The notes beneath the pieces were generated by a model. That model ran no database searches, had not been told where the DNA came from, and worked only from the letters and a program-made list of their open reading frames with translations. Below, one piece after another: positions 1-7,604 of a DNA stretch of 21,174 nt. Numbering within the stretch: position 1 is the stretch's first letter; the number at the start of each line of letters is the position of its first letter. Source of the DNA: Candidatus Thorarchaeota archaeon (GTDB taxonomy: Archaea; Asgardarchaeota; Thorarchaeia; Thorarchaeales; Thorarchaeaceae); contig JBHLQM010000062.1 of NCBI GenBank assembly GCA_048884785.1, positions 1-21,174 on the forward strand, written 5' to 3'. The position numbers and the translations under genes are program-made.

Positions 1-332
1 TCAGTCTTATACCTGTCTGCCTCCAAGAAGAAATCCATCACACGAACGAAAGTATTGAACTTCGCGCTATGGATTACCCCCTCCGGAATATGATACGAAT
101 CTCCAGCTCTATAGGTTCGCGTTTCTTCTCCTATGGTGAGAACCATCTCTCCTTCAAACACGTACCCATATTGTTCTCCATGGCTATGTGGTGAAACTTC
201 ACCACCTGCTTCTATCTCGAAGAAGACTAACTGGAACTCCTCTCCTTGGGCGACCCATCCTTGCACTCCTGGAAATGAAATTATCGCCTTTGCAAGACTC
301 CTGATATAGTCAGGATATTGTTTTGCTATCAT
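1..332 (-). CDS. Cupin domain protein, 3' end truncated by the window edge
   Basis: Manual translation from ATG at 332: MIAKQYPDYIRSLAKAIISFPGVQGWVAQGEEFQLVFFEIEAGGEVSPHSHGEQYGYVFEGEMVLTIGEETRTYRAGDSYHIPEGVIHSAKFNTFVRVMDFFLEADRYKT..., no stop before base 1. Cupin motif 1 (PHSH..Q..YV.EG) and motif 2 (GD.Y.IP.G..H) present. Absent from the ORF track because it lacks a stop. Confidence 0.9.
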   Translation of the reverse strand, partial: MIAKQYPDYIRSLAKAIISFPGVQGWVAQGEEFQLVFFEIEAGGEVSPHSHGEQYGYVFEGEMVLTIGEETRTYRAGDSYHIPEGVIHSAKFNTFVRVMDFFLEADRYKT

Positions 333-440
333 TCAAATCACGATGGCCGTTACGCTGGTTAGCTTACATTTTAGCATTATGCAAAATCATAGCACGCTCA
401 AAATTGGTTATTACAAAAAGGAATGGATGATAGACAATCG

Positions 441-511
441 CAAAAGAAAGATGACCGGTGAGTCAATCCGCCCTCAGAGTTCGAGTGATCGGAGAAACTC
501 ACCTTTGTCAT
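441..511 (-). terminator. Long imperfect stem-loop plus U-rich tract downstream of the Lys-rich micro-ORF
   Basis: Minus strand ATGAC-AAA-GGTGAGT-TTC-TCCG-ATCA-CTC-GAACTCT-GAG-GG-CGGA-TTG-ACTCACC-G-GTCAT (511-451), followed by CTTTCTTTTG. Starts 7 nt after the TAA at 519. Confidence 0.55.
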
Positions 512-518
512 ATTGGTG

Positions 519-614
519 TTACTTTTTCTTTGGTTTTTCAGTAGCTTTCGCTTCTTTCTTTGCACCTGCTTTCTTTGCAGGTGGTTTCTTTGTTGTTGGT
601 TTTTTACTACCCAT
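519..614 (-). CDS. 31-aa Lys/Ala/Pro-rich basic micropeptide (histone H1 tail-like composition)
   Basis: MGSKKPTTKKPPAKKAGAKKEAKATEKPKKK* (13 K, 2 E). SD-like AGGTG at 626-622. TATA-like TTTTAAT at 670-664. Downstream hairpin and U tract. Confidence 0.75.
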   Translation of the reverse strand: MGSKKPTTKKPPAKKAGAKKEAKATEKPKKK

Positions 615-711
615 CAGTTTACACCTAAGTGATATTGATTACAATCTGATTCTTAGTCAGGTGATTAAAACAGACAGATGGTAGAATCATGAGAATTGAA
701 TCAGACTAGTA

Positions 712-795
712 CTAGAAATCATCATCGTCCCAGTCATCATCATCGTCCCAATCTTCATCATCATCTTCCCAGGTATCTTCATCATCGAAGACCAT
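712..795 (-). CDS. 27-aa polyacidic Trp-punctuated micropeptide
   Basis: MVFDDEDTWEDDDEDWDDDDDWDDDDF* (16 D, 3 E, 3 W, no basic residue). Strong archaeal SD GAGGTGA at 806-800, 4 nt before ATG. ATATAAA at about 867-861. GAT/GAC/GAA codons are mixed, so this is not a pure DNA microsatellite. Confidence 0.8.
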   Translation of the reverse strand: MVFDDEDTWEDDDEDWDDDDDWDDDDF

Positions 796-950
796 TTTTT
801 CACCTCTCGGCAAGCGTAGTCAAATCAAATGTAAAATGTGTCTAACGCACAATATCAAGTTTATATGGCTTAATTCGAAAAAGTAAGGCATATAACGATG
901 TTAGAATTGAATAGAATCTCTATCAACTTTTTTTATGAGGCTTAAGATGA

Positions 951-976
951 TTTAATTGTCACAATAAAGATTTTAA
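951..976 (+). promoter_or_regulatory. Palindrome next to a TATA-like box upstream of the 280-aa gene
   Basis: TTTA-ATTGT-C-ACAAT-AAA (951-968) followed by TTTTAA (971-976), in the divergent intergenic region 796-1051. Confidence 0.3.
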
Positions 977-1051
977 CGGTTATAGCTATCGCACATGTGT
1001 GTCACTCTGGTTTTCGTGTGAGTATATCAAGTCAACAATCAAACTCGAATT

Positions 1052-1894
1052 ATGGATGGTTTAATCATCGTGAACGAGGTGAATACTGAGAGTATCAATC
1101 TTGCTCAGATTGATTTGAAAGGCACATCAAAATTAGTTATTCTTCTTGGGACGAAAGAAGGCACCAAAGGAATTTCGAAGAAACTACGTCAATATGATGA
1201 TTTAGTGCGTGTTGGAAAAGGTCTCTTTATTACAGGCTCAAACGACGGGGCTTACACAGAACTCTTGCGCTCATTGCCTACATTATCCTTCATTCGAACC
1301 CGTGAGATTCCTGGTATAAAAGCCCGACTTGATGATCCACACGCAGACCGAACCTACTCGATAGTTTCCTACAGCTTCAATAATCCCACTCCAGGACAGA
1401 AAAAGCGTGTCGAAAGACTCCTAAGAAGGTCTATGGGTATTCGCATAAGACCTGGTGTTCTTCTATTCCCTGTGTTGCGGGCTAGAGAACGCAGGAAAGT
1501 TCTTGACTATGAAAAAGGGCATTCATTACTAGACTCCAAGGAATTCAATAACCAGTTGAAAACTATAGGCGCGTTCTCCATGCGGTGGTCTCGACTTCGA
1601 TTAGCTGAATCCAAAGATTCGATACAAATCAGAGAGGCAATTGAGAGGACTCTAAATAGAGATCTTTTGTCAATTGAATCCAAACTCCAGCAAATTCGTG
1701 AGATGAGCAAGAATCCCTTGACACCTTCAGATATTCTTAGGAAACAATCTCTTGTCGTATTGCGACGGTATCGCAAACTCAAATTCAAATGGGTTCTTGC
1801 TAAGACCCTCTGGTACTATAATGCTGAGAAACCCTTGAAACGAATCTACAATCTTGGGTTGAATACAAAATATATGATTGATAACCGAGATTAG
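1052..1894 (+). CDS. Basic hypothetical protein with a ChrB-N/PaaX-like (Cas2/VapD-type ferredoxin fold) segment and helical C-terminus
   Basis: 280-aa ORF. Segment YSIVSYSFNNPTPGQKKRVERLLRRSMGIRIRPGVLLFP resembles the ChrB N-terminal/PaaX middle pattern (hydrophobic strand, R..v.R.L...G...l...V...P). Family call is by eye only. Confidence 0.55.
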   Translation: MDGLIIVNEVNTESINLAQIDLKGTSKLVILLGTKEGTKGISKKLRQYDDLVRVGKGLFITGSNDGAYTELLRSLPTLSFIRTREIPGIKARLDDPHADRTYSIVSYSFNNPTPGQKKRVERLLRRSMGIRIRPGVLLFPVLRARERRKVLDYEKGHSLLDSKEFNNQLKTIGAFSMRWSRLRLAESKDSIQIREAIERTLNRDLLSIESKLQQIREMSKNPLTPSDILRKQSLVVLRRYRKLKFKWVLAKTLWYYNAEKPLKRIYNLGLNTKYMIDNRD

Positions 1895-2023
1895 GTCATA
1901 GAGTCATAACAGGCGTATTGTTTCTGCAAACTATCTCTAATGTAAAATATCTTCGAGTTCTATAGAATATGAAGAGAGATGATTGAGAATCACACTATTG
2001 TTGGTCAGACCGACATACATTGT

Positions 2024-2827
2024 TTAACTTGTGCATGTAGCTTTCACAAAAAAGACTGGGTCTGCCTTTGAATATATGAACCCCATCTTCTCATAGAGCT
2101 GTTGTGCTGGCTTATTATCTTCGAAATAATGAAGAACTGCTAGATCCGAATCCTTGAGGACTTCTTCAACTACCGCTTTGATACATGCTGCTGCATACCC
2201 CTTCCTCACATGGTCTGGATGTGTAGCTATATTGCCAATCTCTGTTCCATAAGGTGTCATAAAATGAACACCCGCAGCAGCTGAAATTGTTCCATCATTC
2301 TCAATAATCCCATAGAATGGTCCCAGATTCATTGCATTGGGTGTCCATGCAGGTGTTCCTGTAATCTGGTATAGCTCTCTCAGCTTTCCAGAATCACGTA
2401 TTGAGAGTCTGACTGGAATCTTTCGACAATCGCAGTGAAGCTTTGTCGCTCTGTCAATAATCATCTGACGCTCCTTTATCGGTTCTAAAATGACACAGGC
2501 TTCTGCAAACTGATTAAGTTGCTCTTGAGTACAAATTGCTACGAATTCTTTTCTAACAAGAATATTGGCGAAATCCATCATGATGTTTCTTAGCGAAACC
2601 GGATCTCGACCCCAAAACGCAGTTGCTAGAAAATCAAGGTCCCTATACACTGAAAAAACAGCCTTGATTTCATTATCACTTAATAGGATGCGAACATCAC
2701 ACCATTCTCTCAGTTGTGTGCAGTCTGCAATAAGCACAATGTTTGATAACGCATCTTCAGCAAGAAGCTGGAGCACTTCGTCGATGTTCTCCTCTGATAA
2801 TGGTTCAATTTTGGAGGTCATGGTCAA
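2024..2827 (-). CDS. GNAT family N-acetyltransferase (FR47-like C-terminal GNAT domain)
   Basis: EIGNIATHPDHVRKGYAAA (motif A) and DNKPAQQLYEKMGF (motif B). Confidence 0.9.
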   Translation of the reverse strand: MTMTSKIEPLSEENIDEVLQLLAEDALSNIVLIADCTQLREWCDVRILLSDNEIKAVFSVYRDLDFLATAFWGRDPVSLRNIMMDFANILVRKEFVAICTQEQLNQFAEACVILEPIKERQMIIDRATKLHCDCRKIPVRLSIRDSGKLRELYQITGTPAWTPNAMNLGPFYGIIENDGTISAAAGVHFMTPYGTEIGNIATHPDHVRKGYAAACIKAVVEEVLKDSDLAVLHYFEDNKPAQQLYEKMGFIYSKADPVFFVKATCTS

Positions 2828-2951
2828 TTGAAATATTGCCTCCTCTTATCAATTGTACCTCCTCTTTTTCAAGCTAATTCTAAATCAAGTATCTCACGAT
2901 TCCATTACGGAATACAACCTCTATGAGCAATAGTTCTTGATACCAATCATT

Positions 2952-4484
2952 CTACTCTATTTCCTTCTTAGAGTCATCCTTTTGCTCTTCAGCTACTCTT
3001 TTCTTTCTTTTTCTCTTTGGTAAGTCAGGGCGGTCGGAAACTGGAAAATGAAATGTTTGTCTAAGCCCATCCACTGTAGACAGTGTCCTGACATTTCTTC
3101 GTGTTTCCTCAAGTATTGCTTCAAGGACAATACGTTCATCGACTTCACCAAGCTCCTTTACTTTCGATAGCCTATATAGTGAATAGAATCCAATCAAGGC
3201 TGAAATTATGAATATGAAATCTAGACCGGTGATATCATAGGCTGGAAAATTGTTGAAGCTACCTCCAGGGAACGTGAATGTGAGATCAAGTCGAAATCCA
3301 TATTGTGTGAAAAAGTCTGCGGCAGCACCACCAATTAGAGGCGCTGCGCCTCCAGCCACAGCAACAATACTTCCTCTCGATGCCAAATATGATGTAGCCT
3401 CTCCTCTCGGTGCGAGTTTCAGACCAATATTGCTAGTTGCTAGATTCACACCTGCTGAAGAGAATCCTGAAACAATATGTATCAGAATCAAGAGAGGCAC
3501 CTTCATGGAATAGAAGTCAGCCATTGCTGTAAAGGTCCACATTAGCGTGCTAATGATGAAGAGAGGCGATGATATTTGCAGGATGGACTTGTTGCTAAAC
3601 CGATCCGAGAGGCGTCCCCAGAATCTGAAGAACACGATGCTGACAAGCTGTGTAATGGCAACAAGTATTGTAATCGCTGGCAAATCAAGTCCGGCGCGGC
3701 TAAGTAAATAAACTGTAAAGAATGGCGACACAAGAGCAGTACTAAATGTCCAGACGACTGAGAACCAAATCAGCTGTTTGAAATTTTCATCCTTGAATGG
3801 TTTTGCCACAAGTTGTGAGAATTTTTGTCCACGATCAGGAACAATTAGTTTAGGTTCAGGAGTTGTAGCTGTGAAATAAACCGCAATCATACCGAATAGA
3901 AATGCAATGAAGAATAGGATTGCGTACCCGATGCTTGAATCCTGAATGTATACATTAGTCCAGAGCCCAATGAACTGGCCACCGATTAATGATACGACTA
4001 TGGCAACCAATCCTGTTGCAGCCATCCTTACGGAAAAGAATCTGCCCAATCGATCCACTGGTACCAAGTCTCTCAGCCACGAGTTCCAACTTGGAGAACC
4101 TATTCCATTGAAGATAGCCTGAACTGCAACGAAAATAACTAGGAGAATGAGTCGAACATCTGATACTGAGAAGAATGGTATCAGTGCCATCCCGAGAATG
4201 GCCAATCTGTTGCCTAGTTGGGTGATAATATTGATGGCTTTCCTCTTTCCTGCTCTGTGGATAATATACACCGAAGGAATCTGGAGCAACTGAGCTAAGA
4301 ATGGTATAGCTGCCAAAATACCGATTAGTGTGTTGGGGGCATTTAGGACTGTGACAGCAAATCCTACAAGGAACACACTTTCAGTGAGAGTGATTCTAAC
4401 CTGACTTGTAATGCCCTGCCATGTCATTTTCCGCAAGCCCAATTCTCTCTGGTCTTGAGTCAATGAATCGTCGTCAGAGCTCAT
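2952..4484 (-). CDS. MFS transporter
   Basis: About 12 hydrophobic segments, MFS motif-A-like WGRLSDRFSNK in the second half, charged C-terminal tail. SD AGGTGA upstream. Confidence 0.9.
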   Translation of the reverse strand: MSSDDDSLTQDQRELGLRKMTWQGITSQVRITLTESVFLVGFAVTVLNAPNTLIGILAAIPFLAQLLQIPSVYIIHRAGKRKAINIITQLGNRLAILGMALIPFFSVSDVRLILLVIFVAVQAIFNGIGSPSWNSWLRDLVPVDRLGRFFSVRMAATGLVAIVVSLIGGQFIGLWTNVYIQDSSIGYAILFFIAFLFGMIAVYFTATTPEPKLIVPDRGQKFSQLVAKPFKDENFKQLIWFSVVWTFSTALVSPFFTVYLLSRAGLDLPAITILVAITQLVSIVFFRFWGRLSDRFSNKSILQISSPLFIISTLMWTFTAMADFYSMKVPLLILIHIVSGFSSAGVNLATSNIGLKLAPRGEATSYLASRGSIVAVAGGAAPLIGGAAADFFTQYGFRLDLTFTFPGGSFNNFPAYDITGLDFIFIISALIGFYSLYRLSKVKELGEVDERIVLEAILEETRRNVRTLSTVDGLRQTFHFPVSDRPDLPKRKRKKRVAEEQKDDSKKEIE

Positions 4485-4574
4485 TCACTTTTCACCTAGC
4501 GAATGCCTTGTGCATCAAACTACTACATAAAGACACTCTTGATAGCTAGCATTACTCTTCCGCCGCTTTTTGAG

Positions 4575-5396
4575 TCACGTGGCCAATTCAAACACATCTA
4601 GATCTTTTCCAGAAATGACCCTACCGCTGTATCCCTCCGTCACTTCTGATAATAATTCATCATCAGTACGTTTCCAATGGAGTTGATGATACAGAACAAG
4701 CAGGTCCGGCTTTACAAGGTTGGCAATTTCTGAAAGTTCAAAGGTTGAAGTATGAACCCTTGAGTGATATTTCTGCCATTCTTTTGGACGGTCTTTCAAT
4801 CCCTCCGCAGTGTACACTTCATGTATTAGAATGCTGCATCCCCTTGCCTTTGTTATAAGAGCAGGTGATGGCCGCGTGTCTCCCGAAATCACAATTGCGC
4901 CATCCTCTGCAAGAAACTTGAACCCGTATGCCTCCAAGGAACCATGATCAACGCGAAAAGCTTCAACGGTTGTATCATCATCATGATAGATTATGCCTTC
5001 ACATATCTCATGCGGATTTACGATGTATCCTCTCTCATTAGATAGTGCAGACCATTGTTTTCGTTCCCTTAGATCTTCACTATAGGCTGCCATAACATGG
5101 TCGGTCATCCTTGTGAGTCCTGTTGGTCCAAAGACCTCCAATGGCTCAGTTCTTCCTACTACAGCAGGGCTGAAGATCAAGTCTGGATACCCTGTTGTAT
5201 GATCTGAGTGCAGATGTGTGAGAAATGCACAGGTCATCTGTGATGGAAGAATGCCTGCTGATGTTGCACGTCGAACGACGCCTGGTCCAAAATCAATGAT
5301 ATATGCAGACCGGTTCACGGTTATCGCTACGGAAGGTCCGTATCTATCTGGATCCAAGTTAGGTGTTCCAGTTCCTAATAGTATGACTCTACTCAT
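4575..5396 (-). CDS. MBL-fold metallohydrolase (RNase Z/ElaC/AtsA-like)
   Basis: LLGTGTP, IDFGPG, THLHSDH (HxHxDH), SGDT, LIHE, HT and LYH motifs. Confidence 0.9.
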   Translation of the reverse strand: MSRVILLGTGTPNLDPDRYGPSVAITVNRSAYIIDFGPGVVRRATSAGILPSQMTCAFLTHLHSDHTTGYPDLIFSPAVVGRTEPLEVFGPTGLTRMTDHVMAAYSEDLRERKQWSALSNERGYIVNPHEICEGIIYHDDDTTVEAFRVDHGSLEAYGFKFLAEDGAIVISGDTRPSPALITKARGCSILIHEVYTAEGLKDRPKEWQKYHSRVHTSTFELSEIANLVKPDLLVLYHQLHWKRTDDELLSEVTEGYSGRVISGKDLDVFELAT

Positions 5397-5416
5397 ATCA
5401 CAGGAACTCCTGCTAG

Positions 5417-5881
5417 TCAGAGGTCTTCTATTTCTGAGCCTCCTTCGGAGTCATGGGGGATTAGATTATCAAGAATTCGTCGGAGCATCGTTTCAAAATC
5501 ATTGATTTCATCCTCAGTGAATCCTTTGTAGAATAGCTTGGTCATCTCAACTGAGAGATTGATGTAGACTTTCTGGAGTTTTTGCGTTCTCTCTGTTAAT
5601 TTGATTAAGATTTTTCTTCTATCTTCATCTGACTGTTCCCGCTGGATATATCCTGCTTTCTCAAGGTTATCCAAAAGCTCACTAAGTGTTGATTTCCTCA
5701 GGAGCGTCCGCTCCACTAAGTCATTGATAGGAACACCGTCTTTCTGCCATAACGCAAAAAGAATTCTGCCCTGACCTGGACCTATATCTATCTCATTTTG
5801 CTTTAGTAGTTCAGTGAAGACTCTTCTTCCTAAATGATGAATTTGAGTTATGAGGAATCCACCGGCTCTTTGCGACATCAT
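5417..5881 (-). CDS. MarR family transcriptional regulator
   Basis: QGRILFALW, KSTLSELLDNLEKAGYIQR and EDRRKILIKLT (winged helix with DRR). Start overlaps the upstream stop. Confidence 0.93.
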   Translation of the reverse strand: MMSQRAGGFLITQIHHLGRRVFTELLKQNEIDIGPGQGRILFALWQKDGVPINDLVERTLLRKSTLSELLDNLEKAGYIQREQSDEDRRKILIKLTERTQKLQKVYINLSVEMTKLFYKGFTEDEINDFETMLRRILDNLIPHDSEGGSEIEDL

Positions 5882-6351
5882 TTTGAATCACCAAGTTCCA
5901 ATCTGAATGTCTGACTTCCAGTCCAGCCCTTGGCCATTACTGGAATGAGACGAAGAACTGAATGGTCTGGATCATTATATCCCGATAAATAGTACCTAGA
6001 CCACTCTGGATGCCAGATTGATTTCTTGATATCGGAATCTGTAACAATCTCAATCAGACCACTAAACATCACACCTCTCCACGTTTCTGGATCGCAGTAG
6101 TACGCTGAAACCGCCTTGTTTGCTTCGATGTCTTCCATCTTTGGCGAGGATGTATTAGTAGTGAAAATCATAGTGAAATCATTTTCTTGTTGTTCAAAGA
6201 AAGGTATCAATTTTGGAAACCGTTCTTTGTTCCTGAGATTAAACATAGCTCGTGTCTGCGGAAATCCTCCTTTGTCTACTGTCGTTACATATGCTGGCCA
6301 TCCAAAATCCAGGAGATTTAGACACATTTCCCTAATTTCGTTATCATTCAT
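5878..6351 (-). CDS. Pyridoxamine 5'-phosphate oxidase-like FMN-binding split-barrel protein (general stress protein 26 type)
   Basis: VTTVDKGGFPQTRAM, FTTNTSSPKMEDIEANKAV, KKSIW and DPDHSVLRL. First gene of the operon containing MarR. Confidence 0.85.
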   Translation of the reverse strand: MNDNEIREMCLNLLDFGWPAYVTTVDKGGFPQTRAMFNLRNKERFPKLIPFFEQQENDFTMIFTTNTSSPKMEDIEANKAVSAYYCDPETWRGVMFSGLIEIVTDSDIKKSIWHPEWSRYYLSGYNDPDHSVLRLIPVMAKGWTGSQTFRLELGDSK

Positions 6352-6369
6352 TTTGGTGCAACCCCAGAT

Positions 6370-6406
6370 TAGTTCGATTCCTAATTGTTAGGGTACGAAC
6401 TATATA
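6370..6406 (-). promoter_or_regulatory. Tandem palindromic MarR-type operators abutting the TATA box
   Basis: TAGTTCG-ATTC-CTAATTG (6370-6387) and TTGTTAG-GGTA-CGAACTA (6385-6402), both close to TAGTTMG-N4-CKAACTA. TATATA at 6401-6406. Confidence 0.7.
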
Positions 6407-6463
6407 CCTTTTGGTTCGCGCTTTAGCCTAGTGAGTTATAGCATACTGACAAAACCAAAGGGG

Positions 6464-6492
6464 AAAAAAGAGGAAGCAGGATTTCTGCTTCC
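6464..6492 (-). terminator. Intrinsic terminator of the surface-protein gene
   Basis: Minus strand GGAAGCAG-AAATC-CTGCTTCC followed by TCTTTTTT, starting 14 nt after the stop at 6507. Confidence 0.75.
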
Positions 6493-6506
6493 ACGATAAC
6501 TTGATT

Positions 6507-7457
6507 CTATCGTCGCCTAATAATGACTGCAACAAGCAGGAGAACCACAACAGCTCCACCAATCAATGCAAGCGTCATTGAATCTAGTACGATTCCTGTT
6601 GAACTTGAAGACTCAATACCGAGTATTGGATCATACTCTAGTGTTTCACTCCCAAAGTTCTCGAAGGCAATATAGATTGCTTGACCAGTTTCCAGTCCAG
6701 TGCCTTCTCCATAGCTTGCTCTGACCTGCAATGAATTGTTAGCTGCAAGAGCGGTCTCTTCGTATCCAAAGTATCCATTCTCGAATTGGAACATCGTTCC
6801 AGTCTTATGGAATCCTGATGGATCTCTATCTCCTTGGACTTCACCATGATTGCTCTCAGTAAGGTTGAACTGAAGCACAAGAATAGAGTCTTCATAAGTC
6901 CATTCCCATCCTCCAACAATCAGGTCGAATTTCATCTCGCCGGGTGTAGACAAATTGAGATGAACTCTAATTTCAATTGTCACATTGAATGCCGAAAGAC
7001 TTGGAAGATTACCATAGTCCATTCCGACACCTTCAGGGCGTGGATCAAACTCGGTCGTAGTTGTGAAATTGAAATGGACAGCAGTGATGTTGTCGCCTTC
7101 TTCAACAACTACAAAATCACCGAATTCCCATCCAATTGTTGGGAGGGCAAAGGGGGCACCAATCATGGTATCAGTACCATTAGTGTATGCTCCATCAGCA
7201 TTGGTATCATTAGCCTCGAACATCTTCACAAACATAACATGGTAGTCAACTGTGGGCGTGTTGGGATCCCACCAGTGAAAGTGCGGGGCTTGATTATTTC
7301 CTGTAACCTTGGTAGAGATATCATCTGTAGTCAGTGTAACGATACCTGCTGAATACTGATACTCTACACTGTTACCTTGCGCAGCAGCCAAGGGCATTCC
7401 AATGCCCATCATCAGTACTGCAAAGGTCGCTAGAATGACTTTCTTGTAAGTGTCCAT
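6507..7457 (-). CDS. Secreted, C-terminally membrane-anchored beta-rich surface (glyco)protein of unknown function
   Basis: Signal peptide MDTYKKVILATFAVLMMGIGMPLAAA, C-terminal TM helix ending IIRRR, eight N-x-S/T sequons, DTNADG Ca-loop-like motif, YDPILG just before the Ser-rich linker. Confidence 0.85.
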   Translation of the reverse strand: MDTYKKVILATFAVLMMGIGMPLAAAQGNSVEYQYSAGIVTLTTDDISTKVTGNNQAPHFHWWDPNTPTVDYHVMFVKMFEANDTNADGAYTNGTDTMIGAPFALPTIGWEFGDFVVVEEGDNITAVHFNFTTTTEFDPRPEGVGMDYGNLPSLSAFNVTIEIRVHLNLSTPGEMKFDLIVGGWEWTYEDSILVLQFNLTESNHGEVQGDRDPSGFHKTGTMFQFENGYFGYEETALAANNSLQVRASYGEGTGLETGQAIYIAFENFGSETLEYDPILGIESSSSTGIVLDSMTLALIGGAVVVLLLVAVIIRRR

Positions 7458-7499
7458 TAGATCACCGAAATATCATGTGAATTTTGTATATATAGCAAA
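7458..7499 (-). promoter_or_regulatory. Promoter/leader, copy 1 of the shared element
   Basis: Minus strand TTTGCTATATATAC-AAAATTCACATGA-TATTTC-G-GTGATCTA-ATG. TATATATA at 7494-7487, GGTGA SD. Confidence 0.75.
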
Positions 7500-7604
7500 T
7501 ATTGCTCAGCAATGTGTTTTGGGATACTAAATAGCACTATAAAGTCTCTAAATTGAAATAGAAGATTTATGAAACCTTGTAAAGGTTCATGAAGATGATT
7601 TTTC

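Noticed and set aside
451-511. Hairpin starting AUGA as a possible SECIS element
   Set aside because: The upstream ORFs have no in-frame UGA, and no tandem GA core with an apical AA loop could be laid out.
343-684. 113-aa plus-strand ORF with a Phe-rich, TM-looking segment
   Set aside because: The Phe-rich part is the antisense image of the Lys codons of the 519-614 micro-ORF, which has the SD, promoter and terminator support.
715-786. ATC trinucleotide run as a microsatellite or CRISPR-like repeat
   Set aside because: Variation is codon-wise (GAT/GAC/GAA/TGG) inside an SD-led ORF, and there is no repeat-spacer structure.
1052-1894. Cas2 / CRISPR-associated gene
   Set aside because: Only a fold-level resemblance. 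It is far longer than Cas2, and there is no cas1 or array in the window.
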